Shown here: piece after piece, positions 38,101 to 47,764 of the stretch
How the letters are laid out: each line of letters opens with the position of its first letter
Numbering within the stretch: the first letter of the stretch is position 1
NCBI GenBank assembly: GCA_963748625.1
Contig: CAVVJT010000007.1
Span: forward strand, 640,001 to 704,000
From: an uncultured Chloroflexia bacterium
Lineage (GTDB): Bacteria > Chloroflexota > Limnocylindria > Limnocylindrales > CSP1-4
Direction: 5' to 3'
Length of the DNA stretch: 64,000 nt
Notes under the pieces: model-generated
What the model was told of the DNA's origin: nothing
Databases searched by the model: none
Seen by the model: only the letters and a program-made list of their open reading frames with translations
Translations under genes and position numbers: made by a program

Positions 38101-38490
38101 TCAGCGCCCGGTCGAACGGGCCTCGGTGGACTCCCCGAACGACATGGCGATGAGCACGACCAGGATCACGAGCACGACGGCCCCGAGGAGGAGCGGGGCG
38201 AGGGACTCAGCGGGCGTCGGGCTGGTGCGAACCCAAGCGGCGCCGGTCTCGGTCGAGCCCGGCTCTCCCGGCTTGGGCGTCGCGGCCGGCGCCGGGGTGG
38301 CGTCGGTCGTTGCAGCCACGATCGGGGCGGCGTCGCTGCTACCGGCGGTGGCGGAAGCCGTGGTCGCGAGGACGATGGACGGCAGGGCGGCCGCGAGCAT
38401 CAGGCCGAGCATGACGACGAGTACACCGGTCCTCCGGCGCGCGCGGGTCAGCAGTTGTCGAGTCACGAGATGCGGCACGCGGTCAGCCAT
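38101..38490 (-). CDS. Small hypothetical protein with signal peptide and C-terminal TM
   Basis: Two hydrophobic segments flanking an Ala/Thr/Pro-rich region. Confidence 0.45.
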   Translation of the reverse strand: MADRVPHLVTRQLLTRARRRTGVLVVMLGLMLAAALPSIVLATTASATAGSSDAAPIVAATTDATPAPAATPKPGEPGSTETGAAWVRTSPTPAESLAPLLLGAVVLVILVVLIAMSFGESTEARSTGR

Positions 38491-38655
38491 GAGACATCCT
38501 CCACCCTGCCGCCCGGACTCGGCGGCCGTCGGGAAGTGTAGCCGCCGCCGGTCGCGCAGGCTACGGCGTGATGGCCGGCACTCCGGACCATGCGACGGCC
38601 GCCGGGTCGTCCCGACGGCCGTCCTGCCTCGCTGGATCCGCCGTCCGGCGGTGCG

Positions 38656-39267
38656 TCAGCCCCCGAAGAAGTCCGTCACGAGCCGCGTGTGACCGTTGGC
38701 CTTCCACACGCCGATGCCGACCTTCTTGTACCGGCTGTTCTTGATGTTCTTCCAGTGGCCGCCACCGGTTGCCTTCTCCCTCTGGAAGGCGAGGTGCGTG
38801 TACAAGACCGACTTGTAGGCGCTCGAGGCGTCCCAGCAGCCGATGTTCTCGCCCCACGTGTAGCCGCTGAAGCCGGCGTTCGCGAGCCGACCGGTGACGT
38901 TGCCGTGGTAGCAGGCACCCGCGGTGGCCAGCTTCTTCGCCCAGCGACGCGCGACCCCCGACAGGTCCGCGTTGCGCTTGAGCGGCGCCACGTACTTGGA
39001 GTAGGTGCCCGTGCCGTAGGCCTTGCAGGTGCCGTCCTTGAGCACCCATCCGCCGGTCCGGGTGCAGTTGAGCAGCTTGAGGTAGTAGGTCTCGACGCCG
39101 TACCAGGACGGATCGGCCGCGGCGACGCCCGTCGGGGCGGCTGCGCTGGTGCCGAAGGCTGCGAGCGACGCGAGCAGGCTCACGGCGAGCATCGTGGCGA
39201 AGCGCGAGGTCAAGCGCGAGCGGATGGACGCCCGCTGGGCGCCGGGGTGAAGCAGTCGCACGACCAT
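38656..39267 (-). CDS. Secreted CAP/SCP-domain protein
   Basis: LLNCTR, WGENIG, GHWKNI, VGIGV...TDF; GAGAGGAA before ATG 39267. Confidence 0.8.
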   Translation of the reverse strand: MVVRLLHPGAQRASIRSRLTSRFATMLAVSLLASLAAFGTSAAAPTGVAAADPSWYGVETYYLKLLNCTRTGGWVLKDGTCKAYGTGTYSKYVAPLKRNADLSGVARRWAKKLATAGACYHGNVTGRLANAGFSGYTWGENIGCWDASSAYKSVLYTHLAFQREKATGGGHWKNIKNSRYKKVGIGVWKANGHTRLVTDFFGG

Positions 39268-39471
39268 TTCCTCTCTACCCGACGGCACCGGGAAGGCCGA
39301 TGCCGACGATCTGCTTGGGTGCCGGGGCTCGTGCGGCCACCGGACCATTGGACCGGCCGAAGGCTACCGGGTCATCGTCGATCGCGCCCTGACCCGGTGG
39401 TACTGGCCGGGTTCCGGGGCCAGACCGCGCCGCCACTGCCCGCGCCCGCGGCCGAACCGGCGATTCCGACG

Positions 39472-39500
39472 CTCATGTGAGGCATTGCCGCTCAGGCGAG
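39472..39500 (+). promoter_or_regulatory. Paired palindromic operators upstream of the SorC-type regulator
   Basis: CTCATGTGAG (39472) and CTCAGGCGAG (39491), 19 bp apart. Confidence 0.55.
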
Positions 39501-39514
39501 GTAGCATGTTCCCC

Positions 39515-40480
39515 ATGACTGACCTCGGCAGCAGCGGCAAGGATCGGCTCAGCCTGGTCACCGCCGTGCTCGCCGCGCGCCGCTACTTCCTCGATGGCGC
39601 CACCAAGAGCGAGATCGCCACCGAGCTCGGCATCTCCCGGTTCAAGGTCGCGCGCCTGCTCGACGATGCCGTTCGCGACGGGATCGTCAAGATCGAGATC
39701 GAGGCCGTCCCGGAGATCGACGAGGTGCTCTCCAGGGAGCTGGCCGTCGCCACGGGGATCCGCAGCGCGGTCGTGGTCCGGGACATGGGCGGCCCACCGG
39801 AGCTGGAGCGCTCGCAGTTGGGCCGGGCCGCCGCCACCGTCCTCGCGGACGCCCTCGACGACGGCGACATCCTGGGCATCTCGTGGGGGCGCTCGCTGCA
39901 CGCGATGATCGGCCACCTCCCCGCCCTGCCCGGCTGCGATGTCGTGCAGCTCGTGGGCATCGTCCCCACGCTGGACCTCGCGGTGAACTCGCTGGAGCTC
40001 GTGCGCCGCCTCGCCAACCGGGCCGGGGGCCACGTGCACCCGCTCCACGTCCCGATCGTGGTGGAGCGCCCGGAGCTGGCATCCGCGCTGCGCGAGGATC
40101 CGCACGTCGGGCGGACGATGGCGATGTACCCCCGCCTGACGCGCGCGGTGGTGGGCATCGGGGCCTGGCGCACGGGCTCGTCGTCCCTGCGCGAAGCACT
40201 GTCAGGAGCCGATGCGCGCACGATCGATGCGGCGGGCGCCGTCGCCGACTGCTGCTCGATCCTGCTCGACGCCGACGGGCGCGAGGTCCATGCGGCCGGC
40301 CTGCCGGAGCGCTGCCTCGCGATCTCCGCGGACGAGCTGCGGCGCGTCCCCGACGTCCTCGCGATCTCGGCCGGCACCGAGAAGGTGGAGGGGATCCGGG
40401 CGACGCTGCGCTCAGGCCTGGTGCACCGGCTGGTGACCACCGAGGCGACGGCGCGCGCCCTGCTGGCCGGCGCGGGCTGA
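39515..40480 (+). CDS. SorC/DeoR-family sugar-binding transcriptional regulator
   Basis: ARRYFLDGATKSEIATELGISRFKVARLL, GISWGRSL, VVGIG, LVT. Confidence 0.9.
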   Translation: MTDLGSSGKDRLSLVTAVLAARRYFLDGATKSEIATELGISRFKVARLLDDAVRDGIVKIEIEAVPEIDEVLSRELAVATGIRSAVVVRDMGGPPELERSQLGRAAATVLADALDDGDILGISWGRSLHAMIGHLPALPGCDVVQLVGIVPTLDLAVNSLELVRRLANRAGGHVHPLHVPIVVERPELASALREDPHVGRTMAMYPRLTRAVVGIGAWRTGSSSLREALSGADARTIDAAGAVADCCSILLDADGREVHAAGLPERCLAISADELRRVPDVLAISAGTEKVEGIRATLRSGLVHRLVTTEATARALLAGAG

Positions 40481-40524
40481 CCTCGGGCGCCGGGGGCTGA
40501 TCCCCGGGCGCCTGGGCGGGCGCT

Positions 40525-40637
40525 TGAGTCATCACCGCATCAGTTCGGCCTGCTGCGTGCGATGGTCGCGGGCGGAAGGTCGACTTCAGGTGCTGACCCA
40601 CGCACGGTGGTAGCGGATCTGATGCACAGCCGAATTG
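40525..40637 (+). repeat. Repeat family A, diverged solo copy
   Basis: TGAGTCATCACCGCATCA (40525), core GAAGGTCGACTTC, CCACGCACG, degenerate box TGATGCACAGCCGAATTG (40620), 95 bp apart. Confidence 0.65.
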
Positions 40638-40674
40638 CGACGCCGGCGAGCCCCCGACCGGGGCTACAAGGGGG

Positions 40675-40734
40675 TTTACGCGCGCCGTCGGCCGGAGTAT
40701 GGTTACTCATGCGAGCGGTTATCTCTCATATGAG
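40675..40734 (+). promoter_or_regulatory. Promoter with paired operators for the E1/E2 operon
   Basis: TTTACG-17bp-TATGGT, then CTCATGCGAG (40706) and CTCATATGAG (40725), 19 bp apart. Confidence 0.65.
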
Positions 40735-40781
40735 CATCGAGAGTGTGCCGCTCGCCCAACCACAGAAGGACGAAGCCGGCA

Positions 40782-43088
40782 ATGACGCAGACGCAGGACC
40801 CCGCCCAGCGTGAGCAGGTCTACCACTCCGACCATCGCCCGGACTTCACGCCGTTCGTGAAGTCGGCCGGGACGATCAGGGGCTTCACGTACGCGGGCAA
40901 CCTCGCGTCCGAGCTCGAGGCAGGCACCATCACGCAGCCCGAGGCGCTCGAGCTGCTCGACGACATGCTCGCCATCCGCGAGCTCGAGGAGATGATCGTC
41001 CGCCTCCGCTCCGGCGGCTACGACGCACTCCCCGGCTACGACTACCGCGGCCCCACGCACGTCTCCATCGGCCAGGAGGGTGCGGCGGTTGGCGCGAGCT
41101 CCGTCCTGCGCACCGACGACAACATCACCAGCTCCCACCGCGGCCACGGCGACGCCATCGCCAAGGGCTTCTCCGCCCTGCGCAAGATGAGCGACGTCCA
41201 GCTCGCCGTCCGCACCGGCCGCACGGGCACCCGCGAGGAGCTCCTCGGCGCCGCCCTCGAGGACCACGTCTTCAAGACCATCGCGGAGCTGTTCGGCAAG
41301 GAGGACGGCTACAACAAGGGCCGCGGCGGCGGCATGCACATCGCCGACTACTCCACTGGCAACCTGGGGGCCAACGCCATCGTGGGCGGGTCCGTGCCGA
41401 TCGCCACGGGCGCCGCCATGGCCGCGCGCTACGAGGGCTCGGATCGGGTCGTCTGCTGCTTCGCGGGCGACGGGTCGTATGCCAACGGCGTGGTGCTCGA
41501 GTCCCTCAACTGGGCCGCCCAGGTCCAGTGGACCAACCACCTGGCCGAAACGCCGTACGGCCTGCCGGCGATCTACGTCATCCAGAACAACCACTACGGC
41601 ATGACCGGCCGCGCCGACGACGAGGTCATGGGCGTCCAGTTCCTCGCCCAGCGTGCTGCGGGCTTCGCCGAGAACACGATGCACGCCGAGGTCGTCAACG
41701 GCATGGACGTGCTCGCCGTGCGCGAGGCCGTCCAGCGCGCCGCCGCGATCTGCCGCCGTGGCGAGGGCCCGGTCCTGCTCGAGGTGAGCACGTACCGCTA
41801 CTACGGCCACTCGCTCTCCGACCCGCGCAACGAGTACCGGACCCGGGACGAGGAGGCCGCGTGGCGCGCCATCGACCCGATCGCACAGCTCCGCGAGCAG
41901 CTCCTCGCGGCCGGCGTCGACGCCGGAACCGTCGAGGCCGTCGAACAGGGCGCCACCGCCCGCAACGCCCGCGCCGCCCAGCGCGCAGCCGTCTCGCCCG
42001 AGCCCGCCGCCTCCGCCGTGCTCGACTACATGTACACCGACACCACCTCGGCCGGCACCGAGGTCGCGTCCCCCGCCCTCCTGGCCCCGCTTCCCGAGGC
42101 CAAGCGCGACGCCAACGGCCAGATCAGCTACAAGGACGCCCTGCGCGAGGCGCTCGCCCAGGAGATGGTCCGCGACGCCCGTGTCATCCACTACGGCGAG
42201 GACGTGGCCGACTACGGCGGCGCCTTCAAGCTGACCAAGGGCCTGCTGGAGAGCTTCGGACGCAACCGCGTCTTCAACACGCCGATCTCCGAAGCCGCCA
42301 TCTGCGGCACCGCGGTTGGCGCGGCGATCGCCGGCACCCGCCCGGTCGTCGAGTTGATGTACATGGACTTCGCGCTGATGGCGTCCGACCAGATCGCCAA
42401 CCAGGCCGCGAAGTGGCACTTCATGTCGGGCGGCCAGATCGAGGTCCCGCTCGTGATCCGCGCCTCGGTCGGCGCGGGCAAGGGCTACGGCGGCCAGCAC
42501 AGCCAGAGCCTCGAGTCGATTTTCACCCACACCCCCGGCCTCTACGTCGTCTACCCGTCCACCGCGGCTGACGCGAAGGGCCTTCTCGCCTCCTCGATCC
42601 GGACCAACAACCCGGTCCTCTTCGTGGAGAGCCAGGGCCTCTACACCACCAAGGGCGTCGTGCCCGAGGGCGAGCATCTCGTCGAGATCGGCACGGCCGC
42701 GGTCCGGCGCGAAGGCGACGGGGTCACGCTCGTGTCCTGGGGCCCGGCGGTCCTGGACTGCCTCAAGGCCGCTGAGACGCTGGCCGCCGAGCACGGCCTG
42801 GAGGCCGAGGTCATCGACCTGCGCTCGCTGGTCCCGCTCGATCTCGAGACCGTCCTGACGTCCGTCCGCAAGACCGGGCGCGCCGTGGTGGTCGCCCAGG
42901 CGATCCTGCGCGGCTCATTCGTGAACGAGATCGTGGCCTCGATCCAGCTGGAGGCGTTCGACGACCTCGATGCGCCGGTGGGCCGCGTGGGCGCCGTCCC
43001 GGGCATCTCGCCCCAGAGCGAGATCCTCGAGGCAGCGTTCCTGCCCAACGCGGGCGACATCGTCAGCGCCGTCCTGGCGATCGGCTGA
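40782..43088 (+). CDS. Fused E1 alpha/beta TPP-dependent 2-oxoacid/acetoin dehydrogenase
   Basis: HVSIGQEG, GRGGGMH, GDGSYANG..N, YRYYGHS; GEDV, NTPISEAAI, GGQHSQS, IDLRSLVPLD. Confidence 0.92.
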   Translation: MTQTQDPAQREQVYHSDHRPDFTPFVKSAGTIRGFTYAGNLASELEAGTITQPEALELLDDMLAIRELEEMIVRLRSGGYDALPGYDYRGPTHVSIGQEGAAVGASSVLRTDDNITSSHRGHGDAIAKGFSALRKMSDVQLAVRTGRTGTREELLGAALEDHVFKTIAELFGKEDGYNKGRGGGMHIADYSTGNLGANAIVGGSVPIATGAAMAARYEGSDRVVCCFAGDGSYANGVVLESLNWAAQVQWTNHLAETPYGLPAIYVIQNNHYGMTGRADDEVMGVQFLAQRAAGFAENTMHAEVVNGMDVLAVREAVQRAAAICRRGEGPVLLEVSTYRYYGHSLSDPRNEYRTRDEEAAWRAIDPIAQLREQLLAAGVDAGTVEAVEQGATARNARAAQRAAVSPEPAASAVLDYMYTDTTSAGTEVASPALLAPLPEAKRDANGQISYKDALREALAQEMVRDARVIHYGEDVADYGGAFKLTKGLLESFGRNRVFNTPISEAAICGTAVGAAIAGTRPVVELMYMDFALMASDQIANQAAKWHFMSGGQIEVPLVIRASVGAGKGYGGQHSQSLESIFTHTPGLYVVYPSTAADAKGLLASSIRTNNPVLFVESQGLYTTKGVVPEGEHLVEIGTAAVRREGDGVTLVSWGPAVLDCLKAAETLAAEHGLEAEVIDLRSLVPLDLETVLTSVRKTGRAVVVAQAILRGSFVNEIVASIQLEAFDDLDAPVGRVGAVPGISPQSEILEAAFLPNAGDIVSAVLAIG

Positions 43089-43117
43089 GCGGCCCCGAGC
43101 GACACGGAGAGACGACG

Positions 43118-44476
43118 ATGGCGCACCCGATCCTGATGCCGAAGCCCGGTCAGATGACCGAGGAATGCACGATCATCGCCTGGCACAAGGCCGAGGGCGA
43201 CAGCATCGCGAAGGGCGATGTGGTCTTCGAGATCGAGACCGACAAGTCCGCGATGGAGGTCGAGTCCTGGGAGGCCGGCGTCCTGCTCAAGCAGGTGGTC
43301 GCCGCGGGCGAGACGGTGCCCGTGAACGCGGTCTGCGCGTGGATCGGGCAGCCCGGGGAGGCGATCCCGGAGACGCCGGCCGCGCCCGTGGCCGCCGTCG
43401 CACCGGCGCCCGCAGCCGCGCCTGAGCCCACCCCGGCCCCAGCGCCCGCTCCGGCTCCGGCCGCGGTTGTGCCGGCCCCAGTCGACGCCGTCCCCGCACC
43501 GGCAGCTCCGGCAGCTCCGGCCGCGCCAGGCGAACGCGTGAGGATCAGTCCGCGCGCGAGCCGCCTGGCCGCGTCCGCCGGCCTCGACCCTCGAACGATC
43601 GCGGGCTCCGGCCCCGGCGGGCGGATCGTCGAGAAGGACATCCACGCCGCCATCGAGGCCGCGAAGGCGGCTTCGGCTTCGGCTTCGGCTTCGGCTTCGG
43701 CTTCGGCTTCGGCAAGCGTGGTAGCCGCGCCCGTGGCAGCTGCATCGGCCAGCGCCCCGTCCGCCATCCAGATCCCCATCGATGCTGACGCCTCGGTCGA
43801 GCCGATGTCGCGGATGCGCCGCGTCATCGCGGACCGCCTCACCCACAGCTGGACGACGACGCCGCACTTCACGGTCACCGTTGCCGTGAACATGCAGCGC
43901 CTGTTCAACCTGCGCACCGAGCTCAAGGCCCAGGGCACCAACCTGTCGGTGACCGACTTCATCCTCGCGGCAACGTCGCAGACCCTGGTCGAGTTCCCGG
44001 ACGTCAACACCCGGGTCGACGGGACCAACCTCGTCCGCCGGCGCCACGTCCACCTCGGGCTTGCCGTCTCGGTGACCGGCGGCCTCCTCGTGCCGGTGAT
44101 CCGGGACGCGGACCTGCTCTCCGTCACGGGCATCCACGACCGGTCACAGGCCCTCATCCAGGGCGCACGTGCCGGCACCCTCGGCCCGGACGAGCTGTCG
44201 GGCTCCACCTTCTCGGTGTCCAACTTGGGCATGTTCGAGGTGGAGGAGTTCTCCGCGATCATCAACCCAGGCGAGGGCGCGATCCTCGCGGTCTCGTCGG
44301 CCGTGCCCACGCCGGTCGTCGTCGGGGAGGGCATCGCCGTCCGGCCGATCATGAAGCTCACGCTGTCGGCCGACCACCGCGTGGTGGACGGCGAGACGGC
44401 GGCCCGCTTCCTGGGCGCGCTGCGCCGGCGGCTCGAGGACGCCGACGCGTTCCGGACGCAGGTGCTCCTGGACTGA
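43118..44476 (+). CDS. Dihydrolipoamide acyltransferase E2
   Basis: Lipoyl IETDKSAME, E3-binding SPRASRLA...GSGPGGRI, catalytic ADHRVVDG. Confidence 0.92.
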   Translation: MAHPILMPKPGQMTEECTIIAWHKAEGDSIAKGDVVFEIETDKSAMEVESWEAGVLLKQVVAAGETVPVNAVCAWIGQPGEAIPETPAAPVAAVAPAPAAAPEPTPAPAPAPAPAAVVPAPVDAVPAPAAPAAPAAPGERVRISPRASRLAASAGLDPRTIAGSGPGGRIVEKDIHAAIEAAKAASASASASASASASASVVAAPVAAASASAPSAIQIPIDADASVEPMSRMRRVIADRLTHSWTTTPHFTVTVAVNMQRLFNLRTELKAQGTNLSVTDFILAATSQTLVEFPDVNTRVDGTNLVRRRHVHLGLAVSVTGGLLVPVIRDADLLSVTGIHDRSQALIQGARAGTLGPDELSGSTFSVSNLGMFEVEEFSAIINPGEGAILAVSSAVPTPVVVGEGIAVRPIMKLTLSADHRVVDGETAARFLGALRRRLEDADAFRTQVLLD

Positions 44477-44602
44477 CGCCTCCGGGTGCGGGGCAGGCCC
44501 GGGTCGCCTGCCCCGGCCGCCTGCCCCCATCGCCCGCCCCAGACCGCACGCCGCACCGGCGATACTCCGGGCCTACACACGACCGCCCCGGAGCCAGACC
44601 CG

Positions 44603-45631
44603 ATGCCCACGCTTGCCGACTATCCGCGCGAGAACCTCCGCTTCGGCCCCTCGCCCATCCAGCGCCTGCCGCGCCTGTCGAAGCACCTCGGCGGGGCGAT
44701 GGTCTGGGCGAAGCGCGAGGACGTGAACTCCGGGCTCGCGTTCGGCGGCAACAAGGTCCGCAAGCTCGAATACCTCCTCGCCGACGCCCTGGAGCAGGGC
44801 GCGGACACCCTCGTGTCGATCGGCGGCGTCCAGTCCAACCACACCCGCCAGGTGGCGGCGGTCGCGGCGCATGCAGGCCTCGGATGCGTGCTGGTCCAGG
44901 AGCACTGGGTCGAGTGGCCGGACGTGACCTACGACCGCACCGGGAACATCCTCATGAGCCGCCTGATGGGCGCCGAGGTCCGCCTCGACCCGGCCGGCTT
45001 CTCCATCGGCTTCCGCGACAGCTGGAAGCAGGCGCTCGACGATGTCGAGGCGCGCGGCGGCAGGCCCTATGCGATCCCGGCCGGCGCCTCGGACCATCCG
45101 CTGGGAGGCCACGGCTTCGCGGGCTGGGCGTACGAGGTCGCGGAGCAGGAGGAGGAGATGGACGTCTTCTTCGACACGATCATCGTGTGCTCGGTGACCG
45201 GGTCCACGCAGGCGGGCATGATCGCGGGCTTCGCGGTCCTGGAGGATGCGGGCGGCCGCAAGCGGCAGGTCATCGGCATCGACGGATCCGCCACGGTGCC
45301 CGAGACCCGCGAGCAGGTCGCGCGGATCGCCCGCCGGACCGCGGGGATGATCGGCCTGGAGCGGGACCTGCGCGATGACGAGATCATCCTCGACGACCGG
45401 TACCACGGTGGCGTCTACGGTCTCCCCGACGAGCGGACGCTCGACGCGATGCGCCTGGTCGCGCGCCTGGAAGGGATGATCACGGACCCCGTGTACGAGG
45501 GGAAGTCGATGGCGGGCCTGGTCGACCTGGTGGCCCGTGGCGAGATCGGCAAGGACAGCAACGTCCTCTACGCGCACCTCGGTGGGCAGCCGGCGATCAA
45601 CGCCTACGCCTCGCTGTTCACGGGCGGCTGA
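44603..45631 (+). CDS. acdS: 1-aminocyclopropane-1-carboxylate deaminase
   Basis: [50 protein letters not shown] and AHLGG (Glu/Leu residues that distinguish it from D-cysteine desulfhydrase). Confidence 0.92.
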   Translation: MPTLADYPRENLRFGPSPIQRLPRLSKHLGGAMVWAKREDVNSGLAFGGNKVRKLEYLLADALEQGADTLVSIGGVQSNHTRQVAAVAAHAGLGCVLVQEHWVEWPDVTYDRTGNILMSRLMGAEVRLDPAGFSIGFRDSWKQALDDVEARGGRPYAIPAGASDHPLGGHGFAGWAYEVAEQEEEMDVFFDTIIVCSVTGSTQAGMIAGFAVLEDAGGRKRQVIGIDGSATVPETREQVARIARRTAGMIGLERDLRDDEIILDDRYHGGVYGLPDERTLDAMRLVARLEGMITDPVYEGKSMAGLVDLVARGEIGKDSNVLYAHLGGQPAINAYASLFTGG

Positions 45632-45922
45632 CTTCGGCGGCAGATCACCGGCCGACGACCCGTGGGCCGTCCCCGTTCACCGTGCGCCGTGCATCTGAGG
45701 CAATAGATCGCGGGTGTCGCGTCGCCGCGTTGCCGCTCTCGCACCTGCACGACGGCGATTGGGCGTCACGAGCGCCAGTGGGTGCAGCTGGCGTGCTCCC
45801 CTAGCAACGGCGCGACACATGGGGCCCCAACCATTGCGTGGCGTGCACCGCAGGTCCGCACGAATGGCGGCAACCACGCGGATTGAGCCGTCCCTGCAGG
45901 CTTTCGGCGCCGCCGTTGCGAG

Positions 45923-46804
45923 CTACGAGAGGCCCAGGAGCTCCGCGAGCAGGGCCGCCACCGCGGGATGCGGCCGGCGCTCCGGCTTGAGGGCGATCAG
46001 CACGCGCCGGTGGACCGGCGGGTCGAAGGCGGCGATCGTCGCCCGGATCTCCCGGTCCCGGAGCGCCAGGCCCGGCAGCGGCGCGATGCCCAGGCCCGCC
46101 TCCACGAGGGCGATGATCACGCTGTAGTCGCGGCAGTTCGAGCGGACCCGGGGCTCGAAGCCCGCCCGTCGGCAGGCACCGGTGACCGCAGCGTGGATCG
46201 TGCTGGCCTCGGTGTCCATGATCCAACGCTCCCCGGCGAGCGAGGCGAAGGTCACCGGCGCCGCGCGCCCGCCCGAGCCCGGTCGCGCGAGGAACAACGG
46301 GTCCTCCATCAGCGGCAGCCACTCGAGCGCGGGGTCCAGCGGCGCATCGGGGTCGTACTCGTCCACCACCGCGAGGTCCACGTCGTCGTGGCGCAGGGCG
46401 GCGAGGCTCTCGGCCGTCTCCAAGTCACGCAGGAGGATCCGCAGGTGCGGGTGGGCCTGCCCGAGGCGACTGATGACGGTGGGGAGGAGCGCCCGCGCCG
46501 CCGTCGGGAAGGCGGCGATCCGCAGGGTGCCGGTGATCTCGTCACGCCGCGCCGCCAGCTCCGACTCCGCAGTGGACAGGGCCTGGGCAATGACATCCGC
46601 GTGCTCGACGAGCATCGTGCCGGCCTCGGTGAGGCGCACCAGCCGCCCGTGCGGCTCCAGGAGCGGCATGCCGGCCTCGTCCTCCAGGATCCGGAGCTGC
46701 TGGCTCACAGCCGACGGCGTGACCGACATCGCCTCCGCCGCCGCGCGGATGGTTCCCCGTCGCGCGACCTCGCGCAGGAGCTGCAGGCGCCAGACCCCGA
46801 GCAT
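45923..46804 (-). CDS. LysR-family transcriptional regulator
   Basis: TIRAAAEAMSVTPSAVSQQLRILE, LTEAG, LVEAGLGIAPLP. Confidence 0.92.
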   Translation of the reverse strand: MLGVWRLQLLREVARRGTIRAAAEAMSVTPSAVSQQLRILEDEAGMPLLEPHGRLVRLTEAGTMLVEHADVIAQALSTAESELAARRDEITGTLRIAAFPTAARALLPTVISRLGQAHPHLRILLRDLETAESLAALRHDDVDLAVVDEYDPDAPLDPALEWLPLMEDPLFLARPGSGGRAAPVTFASLAGERWIMDTEASTIHAAVTGACRRAGFEPRVRSNCRDYSVIIALVEAGLGIAPLPGLALRDREIRATIAAFDPPVHRRVLIALKPERRPHPAVAALLAELLGLS

Positions 46805-47089
46805 CGGCCGACCCTCCCGTTGATGAAGTAGTCCTGCTACCGGATTGTGCAAGAAGTCTGCACTTGATGTTCGCTGTTGGCCAAGCGAGCATGCGCGCAA
46901 GCGAGAAGCTGCCCACCGTCCCGGTTCCGGTCGCCTCAGGCCTCCGGACCCGCACCTCCGCGGCCCCCCACTGGCCCGGTCCGTCGCCCCCCCCGACGGG
47001 CCGGGCCCTCCTCGTTCCCGCGGGGCGATCGACGATCCGGCCACGGGCGGGCGTCACGCGGGCCGGCCGGCGGTGCGGTCAGCGGCCGG

Positions 47090-47650
47090 CTACCGCGGAA
47101 GGCGGTCGAGCAGGTCCCGGGTCGACACCACCGTCGCGAACTCGCCGTGCAGGTTGGCGGCCGTCGCGCGGGCAAGGTCGTCGGCCACAACCACCTGGCC
47201 GTCTGGGCCCCGCCGGTCGAACGTGTGCGTGGCGTCCAGCGCGAAGCTGACCTCGTAGCCGAGGTTGCCGGCCATGCGCGCGGTCGTCTCGCAGCAGTGG
47301 TTGGTGGTGATGCCGCAGATCACCAGCGCGTCGATGTCGCGGGCGCGCAGCCAGGCATCGAGGTCCGGCGTTCCGTAGAAGGCGGAGTTGACGCTCTTGC
47401 TGACGAGGACGTCATGCGGGCCATCGACCCCTGCCTTGAAAGCGTTGCCGGGCTGGCCCGGCCGGAGCGGCGAGCCCGGAACGACCGAGTCGTGGCGGAC
47501 CAGGACGACCGGCAGGCCACGCGCGCGCCATGCCTCGAGCAGGCGGGCGATGTTCGCCTCGCAGGCCGGGTTGTTGCGCGGGCCCCAGGCCGGGTCGTCG
47601 AAGCCCTGCTGGACGTCCACGACGATGAGGGCGGCGGGTTTGCTGGTCAT
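47090..47650 (-). CDS. Isochorismatase/cysteine hydrolase family protein
   Basis: [32 protein letters not shown]. Confidence 0.9.
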   Translation of the reverse strand: MTSKPAALIVVDVQQGFDDPAWGPRNNPACEANIARLLEAWRARGLPVVLVRHDSVVPGSPLRPGQPGNAFKAGVDGPHDVLVSKSVNSAFYGTPDLDAWLRARDIDALVICGITTNHCCETTARMAGNLGYEVSFALDATHTFDRRGPDGQVVVADDLARATAANLHGEFATVVSTRDLLDRLPR

Positions 47651-47764
47651 CGGCCGATCCTACAGGGCAGGGCAGGCACGGAGGTCGGGCTCCCGCCACG
47701 GAGGTCGCCGGTCCCCCGGGTGCTACCCTCCGGCACCACTGCGATCCCGCACGAGAGGACCTCC

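Noticed and set aside
43669-43712. (GCTTCG)n hexamer repeat as a phase-variation tract
   Set aside because: In-frame Ala-Ser linker of E2; unit length is a multiple of three.
46877-47764. Long N-terminal extension of the M13 peptidase
   Set aside because: Overlaps the antisense isochorismatase gene; a good RBS and GTG lie at 47765.
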